NCBI GenBank assembly: GCA_964500835.1
Contig: CAZCQL010000004.1
Coordinates: forward strand, 10,590 to 74,589
Direction: 5' to 3'
Source: an uncultured Bacteroides sp.
GTDB taxonomy: Bacteria > Bacteroidota > Bacteroidia > Bacteroidales > GCA-2748055
DNA length: 64,000 bases
Shown here: positions 18,868 to 27,517 of the stretch, in pieces
Layout: each line of letters starts with the position of its first letter
How positions within the stretch are numbered: position 1 is the stretch's first letter
Translations under genes and position numbers: made by a program
The notes under the pieces: model-generated
What the model was told of the DNA's origin: nothing
What the model saw: only the letters and a program-made list of their open reading frames with translations
Database searches by the model: none

Positions 18868-19296
18868 CTAAGAAATTTCAATTTGCTTTGGAGCTTTTTC
18901 AACAACTTCTTCTTTCTTGGGAAGATGAATAGTCAGAATCCCTGCATCATGACTGGCTTTGATCTGATCTTCATCAATTGTCTCAGGCAGCTGAAAACTT
19001 CTCTTAAACGTGCTGTAATTGAATTCCTTGCGCGTGTAGTTTTGTTTTTTGTCATCTTTCTCTTCTTTCTTCTCAGAAGATATTGTAAGAACTTCATTCT
19101 CAAGGTCAATCTTAAAATTGTCCTTTGATAATCCAGGTACTGCGACCTCAATTCTGAACTCCTTTCCATCCTCAACCACATTGACAGCAGGGGTAGTCCC
19201 ACAGCGTGCATCTGAATTGAAATTATTGAATGAAGTGTCATTGAAAAAATCATCCCAGTAAGCGGGTACGTAACGTCTGTTTAATCTTGCTAACAT
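18868..19296 (-). CDS. Hsp20/alpha-crystallin small heat-shock protein
   Basis: PAVNVVE, IEVAVPGLSK, FKRSFQLPE, GILTIHLPK. Confidence 0.95.
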   Translation of the reverse strand: MLARLNRRYVPAYWDDFFNDTSFNNFNSDARCGTTPAVNVVEDGKEFRIEVAVPGLSKDNFKIDLENEVLTISSEKKEEKDDKKQNYTRKEFNYSTFKRSFQLPETIDEDQIKASHDAGILTIHLPKKEEVVEKAPKQIEIS

Positions 19297-19354
19297 TTTT
19301 TTATCCTCCTATAATTTAGTGTTTGTATTATTTTTTATTCGTTGATCATCCTAT

Positions 19355-19370
19355 TTCAAAGCATATGCCA
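19355..19370 (-). promoter_or_regulatory. Sigma-54-type -24/-12 promoter candidate for Hsp20
   Basis: TGGCATATGCTTTGAA versus consensus TGGCACGNNNNTTGCW: correct spacing, C to A at the -12 position; 58 nt upstream of the ATG. Confidence 0.5.
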
Positions 19371-19382
19371 GGGAGCATTAGC

Positions 19383-19427
19383 TGTCACTATGTCATACTT
19401 TGGGCATCGTAATATGACATAATGTCT
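19383..19427. promoter_or_regulatory. Cluster of TGTCA/TGACA half-sites with a 9-bp inverted repeat (candidate activator site)
   Basis: TATGTCATA (19389-19397) N15 TATGACATA (19413-19421), plus TGTCA at 19383 and TGTC at 19423. Confidence 0.45.
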
Positions 19428-19476
19428 TTGTTCAACCGAAAGGTGGCCGACAATAAGTGGAAACAGGATGTTATTT

Positions 19477-20697
19477 TTAATCCCGGGAGGTTCCTTCGCG
19501 AAGGTTTTCGATCTCTTTGAGCAATTTTTCTTCCCTGATTGCCGATTCATTTTGAGCAGTTTCAAGTTGCTCAAAAAGTTTCCTCGTCTGGAGGTTGGCC
19601 TTCACCTTGGCCAGGGTGGTTGCCAGCGCTACTGCCAGCTGACGGATAAATTCTCTCTGATGGGGTGGAATCTCTGTCAGAGAAGCCAATTCAATTACAC
19701 CCAACACATTGTTATCCAGCATAACCGGGGTGAGCAAAATGGAAGAAGGAGCATCTTCACCTAAACCCGATCTGATCTTAATATAATCGGAAGGAAGATC
19801 TGTGACGTAAATCACCTCCCTTTCGATGGCAGCTCTGCCTACAAGCCCTTCCCCAAAAATAAACGTCTGATGGTGATACTTTTCACGGTCGAAAGCATAA
19901 CTGCCAAACAATTCCAATCTTTTCACCTTATTCCCATCCAGATTTCCATCCTGCACCAGGGCCTGTTCCTGGTCATGTTCCTGCACCATGGCCTGTTCCT
20001 GGTCATGCTCCTGCTCCTGGTCATGCTCCTGCTTCTGGTCATGTTCCTGCTCCTGGTCATGTTCCTGGTCATGTTCCATGGTGATGAACAGTGCTCCCAC
20101 GTCCGCTTCTGTATATGCCACAAGCTCTTTCATTAATGTCTTTGAAAGGTCATACAGGTTGTCCTCAGCCTCCCTGAAAAGATTGCTGAACTTTGCCAAT
20201 CCCTGAGCCGACCATGTTCTGTTCTCCTCCTCTTGCCGTCTGGATTCTGAGTCTTTGAAGGAATCCATGAGGCTTCCTTTCAAAGAAAGGAGTGCTTCAC
20301 CCAGTTCATCCTTGCTACTGAGCTTTTCAAATTTGCCGGTAAAATCTCCTTTAGCCATGGATCGTGAAAAGGCAGCAATTCCCTGAAGATTTGAAACATG
20401 TTTTTCCAGATTCCGCTCCAGGTCGCCAATTTCATCGGCAGATCCGGAGGAGGTGAACTCTGGCATGTTCCCCCTGGTAAGCTTAACCACCAGGCTACTG
20501 ATCCTGTGAAGCGGCCTTTTCAACCAGAAAATATGTAGCGCACCAAATATAAGGCTGATTGCCAACCCCAAAGCCGATATCCATGTGATCAGGCTGTACT
20601 TCCCATCCACTTCGCTCAATAATATAAAGATGAACATTGTAGCAATAATCATGTATGGCAACATGATCTTAAAAGTGAAGGTAAACCTGAGCTTCAT
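19477..20697 (-). CDS. Membrane-anchored HAMP-coiled coil-GAF protein with tandem-repeat insertion and no output domain
   Basis: Two N-terminal TM segments, HAMP-like SADEIGDL and SKDELGEAL, QGLAKFS, GAF signature YAFDREK...FGEGLVGRAA...LGVIELAS. Confidence 0.85.
   Translation of the reverse strand: MKLRFTFTFKIMLPYMIIATMFIFILLSEVDGKYSLITWISALGLAISLIFGALHIFWLKRPLHRISSLVVKLTRGNMPEFTSSGSADEIGDLERNLEKHVSNLQGIAAFSRSMAKGDFTGKFEKLSSKDELGEALLSLKGSLMDSFKDSESRRQEEENRTWSAQGLAKFSNLFREAEDNLYDLSKTLMKELVAYTEADVGALFITMEHDQEHDQEQEHDQKQEHDQEQEHDQEQAMVQEHDQEQALVQDGNLDGNKVKRLELFGSYAFDREKYHHQTFIFGEGLVGRAAIEREVIYVTDLPSDYIKIRSGLGEDAPSSILLTPVMLDNNVLGVIELASLTEIPPHQREFIRQLAVALATTLAKVKANLQTRKLFEQLETAQNESAIREEKLLKEIENLREGTSRD
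19950..20080 (-). repeat. In-frame 12/18-bp tandem repeat encoding EHDQ(EQ) units
   Basis: Six CCTGGTCATG/TCTGGTCATG cores; translation MEHDQEHDQEQEHDQKQEHDQEQEHDQEQAMVQEHDQEQALVQD. Confidence 0.9.
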
Positions 20698-20729
20698 TGG
20701 AAAATAAATCTTATTAAAGATACAAAAGA

Positions 20730-21908
20730 TTATCTGGTGGCTTGCACGGCGTTTGCCACGCGTTCAATGCCTTCCTTTAACACAGATGAAGGTGTGGCAA
20801 TGTTTAACCGTTGATGATTTTCTCCTCCCGGCCCGAACATCGGTCCGTCATTTAATCCCAGTCCGGCCTGATGAATCATGAACTCCTTTAGTCCTTTTTC
20901 ATTCATTCCCAGGAACGATAAATCGAGCCAGGAAAGATAGGTGGCCTGCAATGGTGAAATAATAATTTCCGGGACCAAGTTATTCAGGCTCTCCTTCAGG
21001 AGAAGATAATTCTTCTCCAGATAACGAATTAACTGATCAAGCCACTCATCACCATGTGTATAAGCCGCCTCCATGGCGACCTGTCCAAAAAGACTTCCGC
21101 CGGCCACATGGACAACATCTAATATCCTTGCATACTTTTTAAATAAGTCTGGGTTTGGTATGATCACTGCCGAAGTATAAAGACCAGCCAGGTTAAATGT
21201 CTTACTTGGAGCCACAGTCGTAATGGTTAGATCTGCAATTTCCTTTCCAAGCGAAGCCAGGGGAATATGTCCGCTTCCAAATAGAATGAGATCAGAATGA
21301 ACTTCGTCGCTAATGACCAGGACCTTGTAACGTACACATAGTTCGGCCAGCCGTACTAGCTCCTCTCTGGTCCATACCCTGCCGACCGGATTGTGTGGAT
21401 GGCAAAAGAAAAACATCTTCACCCCTTTTTTAAACTGTTCTTCCAAATGATCGAAATCAATCCTGTACTGTCCATAGTCCTCTGCCAGCTGATTGTACAA
21501 CAGCTCCCTTTTATGGTTGGTCACCGAATAAAAGAATGGGAAATAGACAGGGGGCTGGACAACAATTTTATCGCCCGGCTTAGTGAGCCCCAGCACACAA
21601 AGGTTCAATGCCGGAACAATTCCCGGACTAAAATTAATCGTACTGGGCTCGATCTCCCATCCATTCCTTCGCAGAGTCCATGAAGCCAGGGCATTATAAT
21701 ACGTTTGCGGCCGGTAAGTGTATCCATATATGGGATGATTGAGTCGTTCAATGAGAGCCTCCCGGATAAAGTCAGCCACTTCAAAGTCCATATCTGCAAC
21801 CCACATAGGGAGCACCTTTTCACTTCCAAAATAGGAACCGCTCAGATCATATTTTACACTATCCGTGCCCTTCCTGTTTATTACCTTGTCAAAATCGTAG
21901 TGCATCAA
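20730..21908 (-). CDS. PatB/MalY family PLP-dependent C-S lyase (cystathionine beta-lyase-like)
   Basis: PMWVADMDF, CHPHNPVGRVW, ISDEVHSD, PLP lysine in APSKTFNLAG, YLSWLD, QRLNIAT. Confidence 0.92.
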   Translation of the reverse strand: MMHYDFDKVINRKGTDSVKYDLSGSYFGSEKVLPMWVADMDFEVADFIREALIERLNHPIYGYTYRPQTYYNALASWTLRRNGWEIEPSTINFSPGIVPALNLCVLGLTKPGDKIVVQPPVYFPFFYSVTNHKRELLYNQLAEDYGQYRIDFDHLEEQFKKGVKMFFFCHPHNPVGRVWTREELVRLAELCVRYKVLVISDEVHSDLILFGSGHIPLASLGKEIADLTITTVAPSKTFNLAGLYTSAVIIPNPDLFKKYARILDVVHVAGGSLFGQVAMEAAYTHGDEWLDQLIRYLEKNYLLLKESLNNLVPEIIISPLQATYLSWLDLSFLGMNEKGLKEFMIHQAGLGLNDGPMFGPGGENHQRLNIATPSSVLKEGIERVANAVQATR

Positions 21909-21916
21909 ATGTTGTT

Positions 21917-22393
21917 CTATCTTTTATAAAATGCTTCTTTTCCGGGAAAATGCATCTCCTTTTCTGCTTTTAATCTGGGAAGCACAAAATAATCCACAGA
22001 ACCGGAGGAACATTCCCTGCCCTCTCCATCCATTAACCTCACCTCAATTGTGGCAATGCTTCTTTGTTGCTGAACCAGTTTTGCTCTCAGTGAAATGGAT
22101 CCTTTTGATATTTTCACCGGTTTCCTAAATTTCGTTTTCATTTGATAGGTAACTCCTGCCGTATTTAACTTTATAAATACGACCCAGCTGGCAATCTCAT
22201 CCATCATGGTGGACTGGATCCCGCCATGCAATATATCATGGAATCCCTGATAATTCTTCCCCGGCATCCATGTGCTTACAATCTCATCCCCCTTCTCCTG
22301 GAATTCCATTCTCAATCCCAATGGATTCGTTGGGCTGCAACCAAAACAATTATATTCCTTGTAATCTGCATATGGATTTTCTAGCTTAATCAT
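21917..22393 (-). CDS. PaaI/hotdog-fold thioesterase
   Basis: CFGCSPTNPLGL, YQGFHDILHGG, MMDEIASW. ATG 22393 preferred because the TTG at 22417 lies inside the -7 box. Confidence 0.88.
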   Translation of the reverse strand: MIKLENPYADYKEYNCFGCSPTNPLGLRMEFQEKGDEIVSTWMPGKNYQGFHDILHGGIQSTMMDEIASWVVFIKLNTAGVTYQMKTKFRKPVKISKGSISLRAKLVQQQRSIATIEVRLMDGEGRECSSGSVDYFVLPRLKAEKEMHFPGKEAFYKR

Positions 22394-22414
22394 GTTGAAT
22401 TCGTTAATCGATTC

Positions 22415-22442
22415 CAAAAATACCTAAATCCTTTTAACTTTG
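22415..22442. promoter_or_regulatory. Back-to-back divergent -7 boxes for the thioesterase (minus) and rsmA (plus)
   Basis: TATTTTTG on minus at 22422-22415 and TAACTTTG on plus at 22435-22442, 12 bp apart. Confidence 0.55.
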
Positions 22443-22449
22443 GATACCC

Positions 22450-23238
22450 ATGGTACGCCCTAAAAAACATCTCGGACAGCATTTCTTAACCGACCAAGCC
22501 ATAGGGGAACGCATTGTAAATGCGCTGCCTGCCAATCCTGGTGCTACCGTCATCGAGATCGGACCCGGCACAGGTGTGTTGACTGGACGTCTGCTTGAAA
22601 AGGAGATCAATTTATTACCGGTGGAGATCGATCCCGAATCAGTACTTTATTTGAAAAAAAAATGGCCAATCCTTCAGGAGACCCTTATTGAAGCGGATTT
22701 CCTGAAACTTAACATAGATGCGTATACCAAAAGCAGCTTCCATGTGATCGGAAACTTTCCATATAATATTTCGAGCCAGATTTTTTTTCGTGTGTTGGAG
22801 TATCGACAGCGCGTTCCTTCGATAGTTTGTATGATCCAGAAAGAAGTGGCTGACCGGATTGCATCGTTTCCTGGCTCAAAAGAGTACGGCATATTGAGTG
22901 TATTCCTTCAAGCCTTTTATGATATCCAGAAGCTCTTTTCGGTGAAGCCAGGATCATTTTTCCCACCTCCAAAAGTAACCTCGGGGGTACTCCGGCTTAC
23001 GCGGAATTCAACCCAAAATCTTCCCTGTAATGAAGAACTCTTCTATCGGGTGGTTAAAACAGTTTTTAACCAACGTCGGAAAATGATCAGGAATTCGTTA
23101 AAATCTATTTTACTAAATTTAGATGGCAATTTTGAACTCCTTTCGAAACGGCCTGAACAACTCGGCGTTCCCGAGTTTATTAGATTGACATCCTGGGTAG
23201 AATCACATCTTACGGAAAACAGGCTAAGTAATTCCTAA
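22450..23238 (+). CDS. rsmA: 16S rRNA adenine dimethyltransferase
   Basis: KKHLGQHFL, IEIGPGTG, IGNFPYNISS, QKEVADR, FFPPPKV, FNQRRKMIRN. Confidence 0.97.
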   Translation: MVRPKKHLGQHFLTDQAIGERIVNALPANPGATVIEIGPGTGVLTGRLLEKEINLLPVEIDPESVLYLKKKWPILQETLIEADFLKLNIDAYTKSSFHVIGNFPYNISSQIFFRVLEYRQRVPSIVCMIQKEVADRIASFPGSKEYGILSVFLQAFYDIQKLFSVKPGSFFPPPKVTSGVLRLTRNSTQNLPCNEELFYRVVKTVFNQRRKMIRNSLKSILLNLDGNFELLSKRPEQLGVPEFIRLTSWVESHLTENRLSNS

Positions 23239-23249
23239 AATACAAGGCC

Positions 23250-24611
23250 ATGAATACTGAACTGACAAGAGAATATATTAGCGACCTGAGGTCCATTATT
23301 GACCTTAAGGATGACAAGGCAGCATTGGAAAAACTGGAAGCACTGCATCCGGCTGATATTGCTGAAATATATGAAGGCCTCAATATTGACGAAGCCACTT
23401 ACCTCTACCTTTTACTGGATCCTTCCAAAGCTTCGGATGTCCTGGTGGAACTGGAGGAGGATGACCGTGAAAAATTCCTTAAGGCCCTGCCCCCGGATGT
23501 GATTGCCAGTCAGTTTATCCACCACATGGACTCCGATGATGCTGCCGATATAATCGGAGATCTTTCCGAAGGGAAGAAGCAGGAAGTGCTCGGCCATATC
23601 GAAGATGTAGAACTAGCCGGGGATATCGTAGACCTGCTTGGTTATGATGAAGACACCGCTGGTGGCCTGATGGCCAAAGAAATGATCAGGGTCAATGAAA
23701 ACTGGGGAGTGGCCACCTGCATCAGGGAAATGAGAAAGCAGGCCAAGGACCTGGACGAAATTTATTATATATACGTGGTGAGCGATGAGAATGTACTCCT
23801 GGGTATCCTTTCCCTTAAAGTGCTGCTCCTGGCAAGCGCCTCTACCCAGATCAAGGATATTTTTGACTCCGGAGTACGATCGGTAAAAACCGCTACCCCT
23901 TCCGAAGAGGTGGCGCAGATTATGGGAAAATACGATCTGATCGTATTGCCTGTGACCGACTCCATAGGAAGATTGATGGGCCGGATTACTATTGATGACG
24001 TAGTGGACGTCATACGTGGTGAGGCAGAAAGGGACTATCAGTTAGCATCCGGTATTACCGCCGATGTGGAGACCACAGACTCTCCTGCCAGGCTTTCCAG
24101 GGCCAGACTACCATGGTTGATTATCGGCTTACTGGGCGGGGTGATTGTCGCAGCTGTCATTAGCCGTTTTGAAGGCCAGATTAAATTACATCCCGAAATG
24201 GCATTTTTCATCCCCCTGATTGCAGCTATGGCAGGAAATGTGGGAATTCAATCATCAGCTATAATCGTTCAGGGGATTGCCAGCAACAGCCTGGGACTTG
24301 AAAGTACGTTTCGAAAATTGATCAAAGAACTTCTTGTGGCCCTATTGAATGGCCTGATGCTATCCGGACTTCTGTTTCTCTATAATTTTTTCATAAGCAA
24401 AAATCTGGCCCTTACGTTCACAGTAAGCTTCTCTCTGTTCGTAGTAATTATTTTCGCTGCACTTTTTGGAACCCTTATCCCATTACTGCTGAACCGCTTG
24501 AAAGTTGATCCGGCTCTGGCGACCGGGCCTTTCATAACAACCATGAATGATATCATGGGATTGTTCATCTATTTTCTGATGGGCAGAATACTTTATGGCT
24601 TTTTCATTTAA
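23250..24611 (+). CDS. mgtE: Magnesium transporter MgtE
   Basis: LHPADIA, CBS pair (TAGGLM, GRITIDD), RLPWL, AMAGNVGIQSS, DPALATGPFITTMND. Confidence 0.95.
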   Translation: MNTELTREYISDLRSIIDLKDDKAALEKLEALHPADIAEIYEGLNIDEATYLYLLLDPSKASDVLVELEEDDREKFLKALPPDVIASQFIHHMDSDDAADIIGDLSEGKKQEVLGHIEDVELAGDIVDLLGYDEDTAGGLMAKEMIRVNENWGVATCIREMRKQAKDLDEIYYIYVVSDENVLLGILSLKVLLLASASTQIKDIFDSGVRSVKTATPSEEVAQIMGKYDLIVLPVTDSIGRLMGRITIDDVVDVIRGEAERDYQLASGITADVETTDSPARLSRARLPWLIIGLLGGVIVAAVISRFEGQIKLHPEMAFFIPLIAAMAGNVGIQSSAIIVQGIASNSLGLESTFRKLIKELLVALLNGLMLSGLLFLYNFFISKNLALTFTVSFSLFVVIIFAALFGTLIPLLLNRLKVDPALATGPFITTMNDIMGLFIYFLMGRILYGFFI

Positions 24612-24622
24612 AAGATTGAATA

Positions 24623-25879
24623 TTAGAATGTTGTGTTAATGGCTACCACCGGATCCATTCTGGCGCCCCGCCAAGCGGGAAATATACCACTGACAAGCCC
24701 GATAACGCTGGATATTCCAATCCCCAGAAGAATATTAGTAAGGGTTAGATAGACGGAGAAACTACCCGACAAACTTATTACAGTTGCCCCCACGAAAACG
24801 ATCAGCAAACCGATAATGCCACCTGCGATCGATAGCATGACCGATTCGAACAGAAACTGGAGAAGTATGAAGTACTTTTTGGCTCCGAGAGCTTTCTGAA
24901 TTCCAATAATGTGCGTGCGTTCTTTTACCGAGACAAACATGATGTTGGCAATTCCGAATCCTCCCACTATGATGGAAAAGATCCCAATAAAGAATCCAGC
25001 GATTTTCAGCACTGCAAAGAATTGGTCCAGCTGGTTATTAATGATGCTCGTCTGGTTGAGTGCGAAATTATTTTCATCAGCCGGTTTTAGCCTCCGGTAG
25101 GAACGGAGGATTTGCGTTACTTCATATGTAAGCTCTTGAACGTCTACGTTGTCCTTTGATTTTACCCATATCTGGGGACCGGACATCTCCCTGCGAATGT
25201 CAATAAATCCTTTGTAATAGTGGATGGGCAGAATGGCAACTTCGTCCAGGATAAATGCATCAAATGTTCCCTTGCCCTCCTTCTCGAGCACCCCAATTAC
25301 CATAACCTTTCTCCCGAGCATCTGGACAAACTTCCCCACAGGATTGGCACCCTGAAATAGATCTTTTGCTATCTTGCTTCCAAGAACCACTACATTTCTC
25401 CCGGCATTATTCTCCATAGGTGTGAAATATCTGCCCTTTTCAATTTCAAAGGATCGGATATCCTGAAAGCCATCAGAAACACCAAATAAAGTTGCTCCAT
25501 CCACATTATTATTCCCGTATTCAATCCTACGGCCCACTGCAGAAACGAAACAAACGTGCTCGGCTACACGGCTTTTCGATTTGATGAATTCAAATTCATC
25601 GTAGGTAGCCAGAGGCCTGTTCATGTATTTCCACCAGGCAAATTCCTCACCTTTTTCAGGAGCCCAGGGCCACTTTTCTACGTATATCACGTCGCTGCCC
25701 AGACTATTTAGACTCTCCCGAATATTTTTCTCCAGAGAATCAATTATTGTGAAAACCGCAATGATGGCGAAGATCCCGATGGTAATACCCAGCAACGACA
25801 ACATGGCTCTCAATCGGTTCATTGTAACAGCCTGAATGGCCATGATTAGACTCTCCCAAATTAATCGAATGATAACCAT
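24623..25879 (-). CDS. ABC transporter permease, MacB/FtsX family
   Basis: RAMLSLLGITIGI, periplasmic core GRYFT, GGFGIANIMFVSVKERT, IGIQKALGAK, FPAWRGARMDPV. ATG 25879 preferred. Confidence 0.9.
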   Translation of the reverse strand: MVIIRLIWESLIMAIQAVTMNRLRAMLSLLGITIGIFAIIAVFTIIDSLEKNIRESLNSLGSDVIYVEKWPWAPEKGEEFAWWKYMNRPLATYDEFEFIKSKSRVAEHVCFVSAVGRRIEYGNNNVDGATLFGVSDGFQDIRSFEIEKGRYFTPMENNAGRNVVVLGSKIAKDLFQGANPVGKFVQMLGRKVMVIGVLEKEGKGTFDAFILDEVAILPIHYYKGFIDIRREMSGPQIWVKSKDNVDVQELTYEVTQILRSYRRLKPADENNFALNQTSIINNQLDQFFAVLKIAGFFIGIFSIIVGGFGIANIMFVSVKERTHIIGIQKALGAKKYFILLQFLFESVMLSIAGGIIGLLIVFVGATVISLSGSFSVYLTLTNILLGIGISSVIGLVSGIFPAWRGARMDPVVAINTTF

Positions 25880-25973
25880 TAATAAAATGTTGTCTTTCCG
25901 TTTCGTTTTGTCAACGGAAACTGTTTCTTTTGCAAAGAAAGTTAAAATTACCAAGATATATCAAGAAATTCTA

Positions 25974-27497
25974 ATGGCTCCCAAGAAACAAATTTCCAGT
26001 GCTCTAGTGTCTGTTTACTCTAAAAACGGTCTGGACAAGATTGTAAGAAAACTTCATGAACTGGATATTTCAATCTATTCCACGGGAGGCACCCAGAAAT
26101 TTATAGATGATCTTGGGATTCCTGTTACAGCCGTGGAGGAGCTCACATCCTATCCTTCCATCCTCGGAGGAAGAGTGAAAACATTGCACCCAAAGGTCTT
26201 CGGAGGCATACTTGCACGCAGGGGATTGCGGGAGGACATGACTCAACTAACTGAATATCAGATACCCGAGATCGATCTGGTGATAGTTGACTTATACCCT
26301 TTTGAGGAGACTGTGAAATCCGGGGCTCCGGAAGATGAGATCATTGAAAAGATAGATATAGGAGGCATTTCACTGATACGTGCTGCAGCAAAAAATTATC
26401 GGGATGTACTTGTGGTAGCCAGCCGTGATCGATACGATTCGTTGTATTCCCTTCTTGAATCCGGAAAAGGCGAGACAAGCCTGGAGACCAGAAGGGAGTT
26501 TGCAGGTGATGCATTCAATATTTCATCTCATTATGATACTGAGATTTTTTCTTTTTTTGACGGAGAGAACAAGAGTGCTCTGAAAATTAGTAAAAAGCAG
26601 TCCAGAAAATTAAGGTATGGAGAGAATCCACACCAGGAAGGTCTCTATTATGGCGATCTCAATGAATTGTTTGAGCAAGTACACGGAAAAGAAATATCAT
26701 ACAATAACCTTCTGGATATTGATGCAGCAGTTGGACTGATGAATGAATTTGAAGAAACCACATTCGCTATCCTTAAACACAACAACGCATGTGGACTTGC
26801 TTCACGGAATCTTCTGGTGGATGCATGGAAAGCCGCCCTGGCAGGAGATCCCGTCTCTGCATTCGGGGGTGTATTAATCACCAACAGGACCATCGATGAG
26901 GAAACTGCCGGGGAGATGAACCGGATATTTTTTGAAGTTGTAATCGCACCCGGCTATTCAGAAGATGCCCTCAAGATTTTGAAACAGAAGAAAAACCGGA
27001 TAATTCTTATTCAGCGCGATAACAAAATGAGTAGGAAGATTATCCGAACAATCTTAAATGGTGTTATCTTGCAAGACCGTGACCGTTCAACCGAAACCGA
27101 ATCTGAAATGACTACTTCCACAATGACTGAAGCATCCCCTGAGGAACTGGCAGATCTGGTAGTTGCAAACATTATTGTAAAACATACCAAATCTAATGCC
27201 ATTGTCCTGGTCAAAGACAAACAACTGGTGGCTTCAGGTTTGGGACAAACCTCCCGTGTGGATGCATTGAACCAGAGTATTGAAAAAGCACTCCATTTCG
27301 GATTTGAGCTAAAGGGCGCTGTGATGGCTTCGGATGCATTTTTCCCATTCCCCGACTGTGTGGAAATAGCCGGGAAGGCTGGAATTACCGCAGTAGTTCA
27401 ACCTGGAGGTTCCATTCGGGACCAGGAATCCATCGATTATTGCAATGAACATCACATGTCCATGGTTTTTACAGGTATCAGGCATTTTAAACATTGA
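25974..27497 (+). CDS. purH: Bifunctional AICAR transformylase/IMP cyclohydrolase
   Basis: ALVSVYSK, STGGT, GGRVKTLHP, IDIGG, LRYGENPHQ, SYNNLLD, KHNNACG, ASDAFFPF, QPGGSIRD. Confidence 0.97.
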   Translation: MAPKKQISSALVSVYSKNGLDKIVRKLHELDISIYSTGGTQKFIDDLGIPVTAVEELTSYPSILGGRVKTLHPKVFGGILARRGLREDMTQLTEYQIPEIDLVIVDLYPFEETVKSGAPEDEIIEKIDIGGISLIRAAAKNYRDVLVVASRDRYDSLYSLLESGKGETSLETRREFAGDAFNISSHYDTEIFSFFDGENKSALKISKKQSRKLRYGENPHQEGLYYGDLNELFEQVHGKEISYNNLLDIDAAVGLMNEFEETTFAILKHNNACGLASRNLLVDAWKAALAGDPVSAFGGVLITNRTIDEETAGEMNRIFFEVVIAPGYSEDALKILKQKKNRIILIQRDNKMSRKIIRTILNGVILQDRDRSTETESEMTTSTMTEASPEELADLVVANIIVKHTKSNAIVLVKDKQLVASGLGQTSRVDALNQSIEKALHFGFELKGAVMASDAFFPFPDCVEIAGKAGITAVVQPGGSIRDQESIDYCNEHHMSMVFTGIRHFKH

Positions 27498-27517
27498 CAA
27501 TTTAATAAATAAAGAAA

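Noticed and set aside
19870-20206. Short ORFs with CSWS, MTRSRN or VMLLL periodicity; possible CRISPR-like array
   Set aside because: Alternative-frame readings of the EHDQ coding repeat; units are 12-18 bp with no unique spacers and no cas genes.
24623-25879. MacB-type permease without an adjacent ATPase
   Set aside because: Orphan permeases of this family next to purH are ordinary in Bacteroidota; no sign of decay.
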